From NCBI GenBank assembly GCA_963693365.1, contig CAVNZM010000002.1, positions 13,363,615-13,427,614 on the forward strand: a stretch of DNA of 64,000 bases, written 5' to 3'. This document shows, piece by piece, positions 34,397-57,698 of this stretch (the first letter of the stretch is position 1; each line of letters begins with the position of its first letter). The translations under genes and the position numbers were made by a program. The notes under the pieces were generated by a model. The model worked only from the letters and a program-made list of their open reading frames with translations. It was not told the DNA's origin and did not search any database. This DNA is from Amoebidium appalachense (lineage: Eukaryota; Protista; Ichthyosporea).

Positions 34397-35049
34397 GTGC
34401 CCGTGTGCATATGCAGCGCATCCTCATACACATCGTCTTCATACTTTATGTCCCTCCTGTGCACAGCTCTACGTCGTGGTGCCGTCCAATTTGCAAAGCG
34501 GAACGTTTGACTTTTGAGTGTGACTGAGTTTTCGAAGTAACGTCGTTATCTACATGTGTATGCTGTTGGCTGGAGGTACTGTTGGCCTTGCACATACATG
34601 TCACTTGTCGATGAACAGCACATTCCACTGCCTCAATGTTCCCTCGGTGACACATTGCATGCGTGACTGTCAAGCTTTGCAAAGTTTTGTCCTTCATTGC
34701 GTGATCCTAATCCTACAAATGTATACGACCGAGGATTATCTGATCGAGGATATCAGATCATCATCCTGGGCTCTTTAAATCCTCGAAATCTGACTTGCAT
34801 GTTTCTTCGACCGAGGTTGGGCCAACATCAGCTACGGCTGTGGAGCGGCACGCTCCAGAACACGTGCACATCATCATGTACACAGAGGTACACACTGCAC
34901 ACACACACGTACAGTTAGAGGGTCGACAACAATAAGATAAAACACATGTGTACGTCACGAAGAACTATAAGAAAGAAGCATTATAGTGCACTGACACGCA
35001 CGAACTCAAAGCACAACCAAGCCTCCGTACCGGAAGAATAGTGTGCAAA

Positions 35050-35955
35050 ATGGACTCGGCTAAGCGGAAGGTAGGGAATAGGCAGGAGACACGTAGGCGA
35101 GGAGGGGGGGGAGCTGACTGGGCGGTGCACACAGGGCTCAGACAGCAGGCAGAAGCAGCAGTTCAAGAAGGCCCAGAAGAGGAGGAAGCTGGGTGCGTGT
35201 CTGTGTGCCTGCGCGTGTGTGCATGTGTGCCCTTGTGTGCGTGCATGTTCATTCGTATGTGTGCATGGGTATGCATGCGGTGTGTGTGTGCGTGCGTGCG
35301 TGGATGATGCTGCGTGGGCGAGTATGTGTGCTCCAAGTGTGTGGACTTGTCCGTTCTTGCGTTCTTGGTTCCTGCAGATGTGTGTGGATGAGGCATCATG
35401 CGGGTGAATGTGTGTGTGCGCAGGTGTGTTGTGCCTGTGTGTGGAGGGTGTGAGTTGAGAAGGGGAGGGGGGGGGGGGGGGGGGGGTGGCGGAGTGTTGA
35501 CCTAGTCGTTGCAGAGGCGCTTGCCCAGCAGAGTCTTCTTGAGAGACAGCAGGCAGCAGATGATGCAGCCAAGGAAGAGGCAAAGGCCAAGGATCCAGAG
35601 CCAAAGAAACATGGCAGAGCATACACAGTCAGTGTGGCCCTGCCTGGGTCTATCATAGAGAACGCTCAGAGTCCTGAGCTGCGCACATATCTGGCTGGAC
35701 AGGTAGGTGGTGGGGGTTGGTGAAGGGGGGAGAAGGAGGGGGTGTTTAGGGGAAGGGGGTGGGGGGTGGGGGGTGGAGGTGAATAAGGGGGGAGGGGGGA
35801 GGGGGGAGGGGGAGGTGGGGGCGAGGGGGGCGAGGGGGATGAGGGGAGGGGGTTGGTGGGATCTGACGGAAGGGTGTGCAGATAGGACGAGCGTTGGCGG
35901 TGTTCCAAATAGACGAGGTGGTGATCTTCAGAGAGGGCGACGCAATGGGTATGTT

Positions 35956-35995
<40 letters not shown>

Positions 35996-37579
35996 CCCGG
36001 GTCCTTGGACGGTTGGTGGGGTGGCATATATGCAATCTCACCACACTATGTGTACAGAGGGTAAGGTGGAGGGCAGCTTTGACGGGGCCAAACGGCCCAG
36101 TGACCCGAACGTGTTTTTGGCCCGACTACTGCAATACCTCGAGACACCCCAGTACCTCAGAAAGGCCTTTTTCCCTATGCACCCAGACCTGAAATTGGCA
36201 GGTAGAGAACACACGGACATTCTAATGGGCGGGAGGAGAGGGGGTGGGGGTGGGAGAGGGGGTGGGGCGCCCCCGGGGGGGGGGGGAGGGGGGGGGGGAT
36301 CCAAGGAAGGGGAATGTGTGAGGAAAGGGGGCGGGGGGGGGGGGAGGGAGGGGGGGACCGGGAGGGTGAGAGGAGGGGAGGAGAAGGCAGGGGGGATGGG
36401 GCATTGACTTCTAGGTTTGGCGGTGTTTCATGTTGTTCCAGGGAGGAGGGGAGGGGGTGGGAGGGGTGTTGCTGTGGAAGGGAAGTGCTGGTTGTTGAGG
36501 AATACACGCAAGAGGAGGGCTTTTTCAGAAAAAGGAACAAGGTAAAATTGAAGGGGGGGTGGGAGGGGGATGCAACGGGGGATGGGGAGGGGAAGAGGGT
36601 GAGGCTGGGGGGGGGGGGGGGGGGAGGCACACAGTGGCGGGAGTGGACGAATGGAGAGGGGGAGATGGGGGAAAAGGGGGATGTACAGGGGAGGGGGGGA
36701 CAGGAGGGGCACACGAGGGAGTGGGCCTAGAGGGAAGGAGTGGTGGGGGACGGGTTGTGGGGAGGGGGGGAGGTGGGTGGGAGGTGGGGGGGGGGGGACG
36801 GACACACTGTGGGGGTAGTGCTAATGTTGTGTGGTCTGTGCAGGGCTACTCAATCCCCTGGACAGCCCACACCACATGAGGGCAGAGGAATCGAGCCCCT
36901 ACAGAGAGGGGGTTACTGTTAAAAGACCGGTAAAACCCGGTCAAGGCTCACTGGTGGATTGCGGCACACATAAGGTGTGTAATGAAGGGGGGATTAGGGG
37001 GGGGGGGGGGGGGAGGGATGAAGGGGGGCGGAGGGTGGGGGGGGAGGGGGGGGGGGCACAGGGGAAGGGGGTGGGGGTTGTGTGGGGTTAGGCGCAGGAG
37101 AAGGGTAGGAGGGCGGGTAAGGGGAGGTGGAGGAGAGCGTGCAGGGGATGAGGAGAAGGGGGAGGGGGGTGGGGGGGGTGGGGGAGGGAAGGGGATGGGG
37201 GTGGGTGAGGGAGGGCATATTAGTGGGAGAGTGGGGAGAAGAGGTTGGGGTTTGGGGGCGCAGGGGATGGGGGACTGGGAGGTGAGCCCGAGGGTGGAGA
37301 GGGCATAAAAAGTGAAAAAAGGCCTTTTCTTAGAATGAAGGCAGGCTGCTTGTGGCACTTAGGTTGAAAGTGTGTGTGTGGGGGGGGGGGGGGGGGGAGG
37401 GGGGGGGGGGGGGGGGGGGGGGGAGGGGGGGTGGAAAGGGGGGGGGGGGGGGGGGGGATGGGGATGCTGACATGTGTGTTGCAGCAAGTGAGAATCGATA
37501 AAGAGCTTCAGCCGGGGTTGAGGGTGACAGTGGAGATGAAGGACCAGCCAAACACGGCAACGAGTACGTGTGTGTGTGT

Positions 37580-37624
<45 letters not shown>

Positions 37625-38880
37625 GGTCGGTGTGGTGTGTGTGTGACGTGTGTTTTTAAGTTTATTTATAGTTGTGTGGGTTTGTGTGTGTGTGTCCGCG
37701 TGTGTGTGTGTGTGCTTTCGTTCGTGCAGGTGTGTGTGCATGCCCGTGGGTGTGCGTTGCATTTTTGGGCTTTGAGGGAACACAAATATTATACACAAGA
37801 AGGAGAAGGAAGAAGATTCGAGTGAATGATACACGTTTGTTGGAGGGCAGGGGGATGTAAGTAATATGTAATAATGCGTGTGTACGGATGGGGGGGGGGG
37901 GGGGGGGGGGAGGCGGGGAGTAATGGGGTTGTCTGTGTGGGTGGGGTGGGTGTTTTTTGTTTTTTTTTTCTTTTGGGGGGGGGGGGGGGGGGGTAGGTGT
38001 ATTTTTTGGTCCTGAGCCGGAAGGAGACGAAAGGAGACGAACGAAGATCGGGTGTTTAGGTCAAAGATGTTTGTGGATGTTTGTGTGTGTGTGTTTCTGG
38101 GAGCCAAGGGGCGAGGTTCAAGGGGAAGAAGGGAAGGGGTTTATTAACAAGGGCAAGGGGAGGAGGAAGGGGGAGGGAGGAGGGGGGGGGGCGGGGAGGG
38201 CTGTGTGTGTGGGGTTGGGGGGGGGGGGGATTATTTTTCTGAGTGTTGGCCTGTGCAGCTAAGACCCTACGAGGCAAGGTGGTGCCCCCGTCAGCACCCA
38301 GAGAGGTGGCTGGGCTCTACTGGGGATATACAGTCAGAGTGGCGGGAGGACTGGAGGCTCTATTTTCTGAGTGTCCATATGAGGTGAGTGAAAAAAGTGG
38401 AAGGGCGGGGGGCGGGTAGGGGGAAGGGAAGGGGTGGGGGGAGGGGAGGGGGTTTTGGGGGGGGGGGGGGGGGGGGGAGAAAGGGAAGTGGGGTGAGACA
38501 GGGAGAAGGGGGGGATGGGGGGAGAGAGGAGGGGGGGAGGGGTAGAGTGGGAAGGGTGGGAGGGAGAGAGAAGGAGAGAGGGGGGAGGGAGGGCGGGAGG
38601 GAGGGGGAGAAAGAGGGGTGGGGAGGGAGAGAGGAGGGGGGGGGGGGGGGGGGGGGGGGGGGAGGGGAGGGGGGGGGAGGGGGGGGGGGGAGACGGGTGC
38701 TGATAATGTGTGTGCAGGGAGGCTACGATTTGACGATTGGTACGTCTGAAAGAGGCGACCTTGTGGACAACTACAGCATGCCCCCATTCAAGTATGATTT
38801 GCCGCCCTACCTCATCTCTCTTCTCTCTCATCTCCCCCCCCCCCCCCCCCCCCCCCCCCGCCGCTCTCTCATCACACACC

Positions 38881-38939
<59 letters not shown>

Positions 38940-39106
38940 GCATGCACACATGCACACTTGCAGCCACGCTTGTTAGGATTATACGTGCTTCTTTATGGTG
39001 CACTTTTCTCATGTCTATGATCGTGTTGCTTGAATTGTGCCGCAATCCAGACATCTTCGATTCCCGTTTGTGTTTTTTCAACAGTGCTGATGTATTCCAT
39101 CCTCCC

Positions 39107-39138
<32 letters not shown>

Positions 39139-39309
39139 TCATTTTCGGCAGTGATCTTGTATCACACCCCCACCCCCTCTCCCCTTCCGCTTCCTCCTCT
39201 TTGTTTCAGCGTAACCCCCACACCCCCCATCCCCTTGTGTATATATTCTCGTGTTATGAACTTGAAACCCCCCCCCCCCAAAGGGGGCAGCCTTTTCCCC
39301 CCCCCCCCT

Positions 39310-39340
<31 letters not shown>

Positions 39341-39868
39341 CCCACCCACAAAAAAAAAAATAAAAAAAATCGCACCACTCACACATGATGTCCTACACAG
39401 GCACCTGCTAGTTGTGTTTGGTGGTCTTGCCGGTCTGGAGGCATCAGTAGAGCAGGATTCTACTTTGGGGGCAGACGAGCCACGTGACCTGTTCGATGCC
39501 TATCTTAATACATGCCCGGCGCAGGGCTCAAGAACTATACGCACAGAGGTGGGTGGTCTAACAAAAGCTAGCGAACAGTGGGTTGGGGGGGGGGGGGGGG
39601 GGGGGGGGAGGGGGGGGAGGGAGGGAGGGGGGGGGGGGGGGGCGGGGAGATGGGAAGATGGTGCCCGGGGGGGGGGGGGGGGGGAAGGCGGGGGGACAGG
39701 GGGAGAAGGGGTGGGGTGGGGGGTGGGGGGTGGAGGGGGGGGGAGGAGGGGCTGAATCGAGAAGGAGTTTTAGGGACGAAAACACCATGGCCGGTGACAA
39801 GTTTTAGAGCATGAGCATTGAGTTGGATGTGCAGGGTAACGAAAGTGAAAGTGTGTGGGTGGATCCAT

Positions 39869-39902
<34 letters not shown>

Positions 39903-40503
39903 GAAGACGAGGAGGGGGGCAGGGGGAACGAGGAAGGGGGGAAAGGCGGGGGGGGGGAAGACGAGAAAGGGGGCGGGGGGACAAGAGGAGGAAGAGGGAA
40001 TGGTGGGGGGAGGGTGTGTGTGTGTGTATTGGGGGGGGGGGGGGGGGGGAAGAGGAAGCGAGGCAGGGGGGAGGAGGCAGGGGGGGGGGGGGGGGGGGTT
40101 ACACATGACTAGTTTGGGCATGTTGGCTATCAGAACACTTGCACAGTAGCAAGGGAACGGGGAACACCGTGTTGTGCCTGGAATGACATGCACGGTAGCA
40201 TCCACACACGTGCACACCTAGACCATGAAACATAGCAGGACACATCTTCGTAGCAGGGGGGTTTCATCCAGTTTATTATTATCCTTTTGCATCTGGGTGA
40301 ATATGTGAGTGGGTGGTGGTGGTGGTTGAAGGGCGGGCAGGCGGACGGCCCAGGGGGAAGGTGGTTTGGGGGGGGGGGGGGGGGGGGGGGGGGACTCCGA
40401 GTAAGTGGCACGTACTGATGGAAGCCATTCACAGGAGGCCCTGCTTGTGACCATGTCGGCCCTGCGTCCAAAAATAGCTGCAACTGGCATGGGGCCCTCA
40501 TAA
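35050..40503 (+). CDS. SPOUT1: SPOUT-family RNA methyltransferase (SPOUT1/C9orf114/CENP-32, DUF171)
   Basis: Spliced peptide includes YTVSVALPGSIIENAQSPELRTYLAGQ/IGRALAVFQIDEVVIF, LARLLQYLETPQYLRKAFFPMHPDLKLA/GLLNPLDSPHHMR..YREGV, GLRVTV, GLYWGYTVR, GGYDLTIGTSERG, HLLVVFGGLAGLE..FDAYLNTCPAQGSRTIRTE/EALLVTMSAL, with TAA at 40501-40503. Confidence 0.95.
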
Positions 40504-41439
40504 TCTGTCCTGAATATAGCTACTAGCGGCCCTTGCCATGTATGGTTTTGTCTAGAAATAGCGCAGGCAGGATATTATTAGCATCAAAGAACGTTGTATG
40601 CATGAATGAAAAGTTTTTGGGGCTGGACTTGGCCTTGGCCCGGTGGGAGCCGGGCAGGTTTAGGGCCAAACAGGAATGAATGGTATGGCAGTGCCAGCGA
40701 TTAAGATACATATAAGAACGTACACCATAGACGGAAATGACATTCTTCTGTTCATGTATATCTCAAGTGTAGGGCACCTCCTGTAACCCCCCCCCCCCCC
40801 CCCCCCCCCCCCTTCTTCGAATTCTTGTTGTGTGCGGCAGCCTCGTATGCAAACGAATACCTCTAGAGCTATTTATCTCCATCCAATCCACCTCCCAATA
40901 TACTCTATTTCTTCCCTTACTCCCCCCCCCCCCCCCCCCCCCCCCTTCTCTCTCCCCCACTCCGCCACACACACACACATACACACTCACTCACACAAAT
41001 GAGTGCACCCACAAACCAACACACGCAATACACCTGTGCACATGCATGTACAAAGATCAACGATGGCAAAAAATTTCTCGGCTTACACAGTCGTGGCCCG
41101 AGCCTTCAAGGCAGCCTTTTTCACTGTGATGATGAGAAGCCTTGCTCTTGCTATTTATGTCTGGCAGGCACTATTTATATCTTGTCCACATCTGCATCAT
41201 GATGCTGGCCCACTCTCCTTCATGCATACCCGACCCATCCAGCTGCTGCCTAAAATAATTTGCCCGCCTCAATCCCCCCCCTTCCCCCAAAAATAAAAAC
41301 CGAAAAAAACAAACAGAAAGACGGCCCCAACCAAGCCCTTATGATATACAGAGAGTGCCGCTCCTTCGTGCATATTTGCGCGTATATATATATCTAAAGT
41401 AAGCCTCTAGAATATTAATCTATGACAGGGATTCCCATC

Positions 41440-41680
41440 TTCTATATCCCAGTTGATATCTACATATATCCCCATAAAATATATCCCAGTGGGTATCTAC
41501 ATCGTATATCTCCATGGCACATATCCCAGTAGAAATCTACATCATATATCTCTCCATGTGTTATATCCCAGTGGATATCTACATCACATATCCCAGTGGA
41601 TATCTACATCACATATCCCAGTGGATATCTACATCACATATCCCAGTGGTTATCTACATCGCATATCTCCATGGCATATA
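41440..41680. repeat. ~25-bp minisatellite just 3' of the sorting nexin stop codon
   Basis: Unit ATATCCCAGTGGATATCTACATCAC, with ATATCTCCATGGCA variants interspersed. Confidence 0.88.
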
Positions 41681-41698
41681 CCTGTGCCGCCTATGCAG

Positions 41699-41773
41699 CT
41701 ATTGCTCTGCATCCAGCTGCTCTGCTGCCTGCTGCCATGCCCCCACCACCTGCATCCCCCCTCCCGTCAGAAC

Positions 41774-41813
<40 letters not shown>

Positions 41814-42715
41814 CCCTTCCACAAGCCAAAAAAAAAAAAATGAAAATTGGGGGCCCCTTGAGCAAAACGGGCTCTACCTCTGGTGTACCTCACACTTCAT
41901 AACACATTCTAACCCCCCCGCCCCCCTCCCCCCTCCCTCCCTCATTCCTAGGGCTGTGCATAATACTACCTTTTTCTGGTGGGCCACTGTAGCCTGCACG
42001 TAGCGCACTGTTGCTCTGCCAAGGGTGTTGGCCCTCTCACTGTCAAAGCGCTGCACCTCGGTGCGTATGGTGTCACTGAGCTGCTTGACCTGCTGCTTGA
42101 CGTGGCTGGCACGCTCATGCGCCTGCAGGGGAATAAAAAGTGGAAGTCGTGAGATTAAAATGTGCATGCAAAGGGGGGAGGGGGTGCATGAAAGCACGCG
42201 CAACACACGCACAAACATGTGCAGACGCATACACAAGCACACGCAAAACACAAGGCACAGGCACAGGCAGGGGTGTAGATTCACCTTACTCAACACACAC
42301 CACCTGACATAGAAGGAGCAGACATACCCAGGCAAGGGTGTCTACACACCAGCACAATACTACACACACGAAGTGATATAACATACATGCACTGCGCCTC
42401 AGCCATGGACAAGGTCTTGCACCAAAGCGTACACATACCCCCCCCCCCCCCCCCCCCCCTCAACCGCCACCCACCCACCCACAACCCAACCACACACACA
42501 GCAAAAAACACATTATATACGAGCCGACGTACACAATCACACACTTGCTCACGCTTATACGGCTTGACACCCACCCACCCACACACACAGTGTCACACAC
42601 ATTCAGGAACACACACATCCACCTAACTCAAGGCTTGCACGCACACCCATGGTGCACACCAAACCCCTCCCCCCCTCCCTCCCCTCCCCCTTCCCCACAC
42701 ACACCCAACCCCCCC

Positions 42716-42752
<37 letters not shown>

Positions 42753-43103
42753 ACACACACACACCTCTGCCACCTCCTTGGCCAACTGCTGTGCCTTATC
42801 TGTTCTCCCCTGTGCTCTTGCATCCTGCTCTGCCTGCTGCCTCTTTGCCAATGTTGCTCTTGCCTCTCTGTAGCTCCCCACCAGCCGTTGTCTTTGAGCA
42901 AACAGTCCCTAAACCCCATACAGTGAGCACGTACCCCTCCCTCCCTCCCCCTCTACAGACACACACACACACACGTACACACAGAAAGACACATACACAC
43001 ACAGACGCACATTCACACACACATGCATAACACACGCGCGTGCACACGCATGGACACACACACACGCACACCCATGCAAACACACACGCGCACGCGCGCG
43101 CAC

Positions 43104-43179
<76 letters not shown>

Positions 43180-43952
43180 ACAGACACACACAGACACACA
43201 CAAACACACACACACGAGCACACGTACGTTCATAGCCTGCACCAGGCCCAGGCATTCACCCACGGCATCTGTCAGCTCCCCTAGTGCCCCCGAGTCCTGT
43301 TTAAACCCACCCCCGTCAGTATCCTCTACCCCCCCCCCTCCCCCTCCCCCCCTCCCCCCCCCCCCCCCCCAAAAAAAAAAAAAAAAAAACACAAAAAAAA
43401 ATATTCAAAAAAAGATAAATGAATAAATACACAAAAAAAATAGGTTGAGGGAATCACCCCCCTCTGCTTCCCACAATGGAAACCGGGGGGGGAAAAAAAG
43501 GAGAAATAAGAAAGCAAGACAACAAAAACAAAACCAAACAACAGTAACCAGAAAGAACTTATACCGGGACCAGTGGCGGGCAGGCCGCAGCCATGGCACG
43601 TGCAGGCTCCTGTGGCTCGTTTGTAGCCAGCTGCTGCAGGGCCAACCCTACAAGATGCCGCCCATGCACAGTGTCTGCGGCAAACCGTAAGTGAACACGC
43701 GGGTCTTATCCCTCATACACGGTCACAAGCCTAAACAAAGGTCCACACTCACATACCCACACGCAAGCACGCATGCGCACATCCACACGCATACACACTG
43801 CCACACACGGGTACAGACACGTGAGCACGCACACCCTGCGTATATACATGCACACATAGACACACCCGCACGTGCACGCACACACACACACACACGCACG
43901 CACGCACACCCACACATGAAGACACAAATACGCACATGCACGCACACACATG

Positions 43953-44043
<91 letters not shown>

Positions 44044-45284
44044 GCACACACGCACGCACACACGCACACATACACACACCCAGACACACACACACACCCT
44101 GGTGTGCCCGTTGCAGCCCCAGCATGTGTTCGTGCAGTCTGCCCAGTACCGTCCCCAAGGCAGCCATTTGCTGCTCCCGACTGTCGAACCACTGCAGCCA
44201 AAAATTAGCACACACCCAATAGACACCCCTCCCCCCCTTCCCCAGCACACGCCGAATAGACCCCCCCCTCCTCCTCCAGCCAAATTCAGCACACCAAATA
44301 GACCCCCCTTTCCCCGGCTAAATTCAGCACACACCAAATAGACCCCCCATCCTCCAGCCAAATTCAGCACACACCAAATAGACCCCCCTTCCCCCGGCCA
44401 AATTCAGCACACACCAAATAGGCCCCCCTTCCCCCAGCCAAATTCAACTCACACCAAATAGGCCCACCTTCCCCCAGCCAAATTCAACTCGCACCAAATC
44501 GACCCCCCTTCCCCCAGCCAAATTCAGCACACACTCAATAAACCCCCCTCCGTCCCCTGGGTCGCCCCGCCCAACTCAGCACACACTCAATACCTCCCCC
44601 TCCCCCCCCCCCCCCCCCCCCCCCAGCTAAATTCACCCAAGATCCTCCCCCCCCCCCCCCCCCCCCCCCCCCGCCCCTCCAAAAAAAAAAAAGAAAAGAA
44701 AAAAAATAACATACCTGGTCTCCCGTGCTCTTTGGCTGATTAGACTGCAGGGCAGACCCCAACCCAGCCAGCAGCTGTGCCAGCTCTGACGTCACACTTG
44801 GCCCTGCGGACACCTTGCCCCATCCCTTTCTTAGCCAACCACACACACCAAAAAAAAAAAAAAAAAAAAAAAGCTTAAGCCCAGGCTGCACAGGACTACG
44901 ATGTCATACCTGGCCGGTCAGGCTTGGGCAAGTGCAGAACTCCACATATGCCGGGTGGCTGCCCAGTACTGGGTGTCTGGCCACAGCACGTAGAAACCCG
45001 GCAAGCGCACGCCGCCGCTGCTCCACGAATCTCTCCTCAAACCGACCTACCCCCCTGACCCCGTCAGCAAAAATCTCATAGCAGGAGCCGAAAGGGAAGA
45101 GAAAGGAAGGAGAGAGTAATGGCGCGGGGGAGTTGTGTGGGCAGTGGGGGGGGGGGGGGGGGGGGGGGGGGGTGTTGACTGCAACAGGCGATACAAGTAA
45201 GTAAACGAAAGCTCGAGAAAAATGACCGAAGTAGGACTCCAACTTCACGAGTGTGTGTGTTTTCTTTCTTTCTTTTCTTTTTTT

Positions 45285-45315
<31 letters not shown>

Positions 45316-45577
45316 GGGAGGGGGTAGCAGGCAGTGGCACGCACCCAGGGCCTGTTTCCCCCAACTTCACGAGTGTGTGTGTTTTCTTTCTTTCTTTCTT
45401 TTTTTTTTTGGGGGGGGGAGGGGGGGGAGGGGGGGGGGGGGGAGGTAGCAGGCAGTGGCACGCACCCAGGGCCTGTTTCTCGGGGGGTGGGGGGCACGAG
45501 GGTGCCGGGGCACTGGGCCACCAGTTGCTGCTGGAGCCACAGAAAGTCCCGGAAGCGACGCAGCACCCGTCCATGCT

Positions 45578-45608
<31 letters not shown>

Positions 45609-46999
45609 CATCAATAAATTCACCCCTCCCCCCTGTGAATGACTTTGTTCCCCACTGAGGATGGGATCTCCTCAATGATGCATGTTCCTTGGTAACTCTG
45701 TGCAATACTTGAAGTGTTGTCCGCCATGTTCTTTGGTAACTCTGTGCAATACTTGAAGTGTTGTCCGTCATGAACGTGCACTTCGTACTCTCTAACGACT
45801 TCTTACTCCCCCCCTCCCCCCTCCCCCCCCCGCCCCCCTTTCCCTCCCCCCTCCCCCTCAGTCTTCCCTTCCCCCGCCGCCACCGACACACACAAACACA
45901 CAAGAACCCACCTTTGTTGTCACCTCGTAAGCCACATGTGCAGCCATTCCCTCCCCCCTCTTCTGTGGATTGGCCACAAACACGTCTGAAGCAGGATCTG
46001 GACCCTCAACCAAGCAGCCCTGCACCACCCCTCAACTCAGGTCGCAGACTCGCAGCTCTCCCTGCCCATCCCTCCTTCCTCCCCCCCCCCCCCTCTCCCC
46101 CCCCCTGTCCCCCTCACCCACACACCGGCACACCCATCCTATCCCCCCCCCTTCCCCCCTTCCCTCCCCCCTCAAAGAAAAAAGAAAAGACAAAATAAAC
46201 AAATCCTCTCTCCGCTCACCTGCACAAAGGCATATCTCTCTGCGTTTGCTGCCGCCTGGCTGTCAGCTCTGTCTGGGCTGCTGTTTCCTGCCATGTCGCT
46301 GGTGGCGGCCTGTAAAAGAATCAGCATCCAGTCGCATGCCGTAAATGAGAGTGCAAGGGAAAGGGGAGGAGGGGGGGAGGGGGGGGGGGGGGGGGACATG
46401 CAGGCACGCTAAGAGGCCTGCCAAAGCAGCAACAAAGGAAAGGGCGCTGGTACACATGAACAAACAGTAGGCTTGAGAAGAAGGGGGGGGAGGTTGCGAG
46501 AGAGAGAGAGAAAGGAGAGATAGAAGGTGAGAGAGGGAGGGAGACAGGAAGAGAAAAAAAGAGAGGGGAGGGGGGGGGGGGTGAGAGAGATAGAGAGAGG
46601 GGGGGGGGGGAGGAGGAGGAGGGGGGGGAAGAGAGAGAGAGAGGGGGAGTGAGGGAGATTCACCTCGTGTAGCTGCTGCTCTGTAGTCTGTCCCTCCTCC
46701 TTCTCCCCCTCTTCGTCTTGGTGTTGCAGCTCAGCCACCTCAGCCACATTCCCCGGCCTACCCTGCACCCAGGCCTCAGCTTCCGCCCCTCGATCAACCC
46801 TCCCCCCCCCCCCCCCCTCCCCCCCCCCCTCCCTCTCCCCCCATCTGGCTTATGATCTCCAGGGACTTACCCCTGTCTGCTGGGGTTGTTCAGGCTGGTC
46901 GCCGTGTGCGCGCGCAGCTGAAGGCGACACCACGGGGCGTGCGCGCGGGTTATGGTCAGGAGGGGGTCCGTCAGAATCGTTTTCGTGATCGCTCATCAT
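41699..46999 (-). CDS. PX-BAR sorting nexin (SNX1/SNX2/Vps5-like); apparent +1 homopolymer frameshift near 45490
   Basis: PX domain: VFVANPQKRGEGMAAHVAYEVTTK (~45911-45985), VLRRFRDFLWLQQQLVAQCPGTLVPPP(PEK), GRFEERFVEQRRRALAGFLRAVARHPVL. BAR-like helical exons: WFDSREQQMAAL.., REARATLAKRQQAEQ.., QLSDTIRTEVQRFDSER..VQATVAHQKK/VVGAWQQ..AEQ*. Confidence 0.88.
44197..44640. repeat. ~40-bp minisatellite in a sorting nexin intron
   Basis: Unit approximately GCCAAATTCAGCACACACCAAATAGACCCCCCTTCCCCCA, about 10 degenerate copies. Confidence 0.88.
45239..45479. repeat. ~120-bp tandem duplication spanning a sorting nexin exon end and 5' splice site
   Basis: CCAACTTCACGAGTGTGTGTGTTTTC...GGTAGCAGGCAGTGGCACGCACCCAGGGCCTGTTTC occurs twice (from ~45239 and ~45361). 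Confidence 0.9.
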
Positions 47000-47316
47000 T
47001 TTTTCCGCCCTGTATATACACACTTGACACCTATACACTTCTCTCGTTGTCTACCAGCGAAAAACGAATTTTTATCTTGTGCAAATGGCCGGCCGGGCGG
47101 ATCAAAATCGGGCAGTCAGCTGATGCGCAAAGCACAGACAACACAGAACATACACACACACACCTGTTCGCAGCCCACACACACACTCGAGTTTAGCGCA
47201 CGTGTATACGTATAGTAAGAGCAGCGCGTGTTAGTTCAGCGAGGCACACGCAGTGGCACAGAAACAGTGCACGTAAAGCGCACAGCAGTGGGCGGGTGGG
47301 CAGCCCTGCAAGTAGA
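47000..47316. promoter_or_regulatory. Probable compact bidirectional promoter between the sorting nexin (-) and the 4E-T-like gene (+)
   Basis: Head-to-head ATGs at 46999 and 47317, about 320 bp apart. The interval has no G/C homopolymer runs and is relatively CpG-rich. Inferred from gene geometry only. Confidence 0.6.
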
Positions 47317-57371
<10,055 letters not shown>

Positions 57372-57644
57372 GGAAAAAAGGGGGTTCTATTGCGGAAAAT
57401 ATGTGTGTGGATGTTGGGTTGTGCGTTCCTTGAATTTTTTTTCTGTGTGGTGGGGTGAGTTTGTTGTTGCAGGCATGGCAGGGGCAGAATGGTTATGGGA
57501 GTGGGTGTACAGTAATGCACGAAACACCGTGGGGTTTTTCTGACCAAACAGCCTGGTTGCTGGTGTGGCCCCTTGTGATTTTGTGTGCGGTTTATGTTGT
57601 GATGGATGCTTTTACCACACGATCACACGTACACCCGTTAGGTG

Positions 57645-57698
<54 letters not shown>

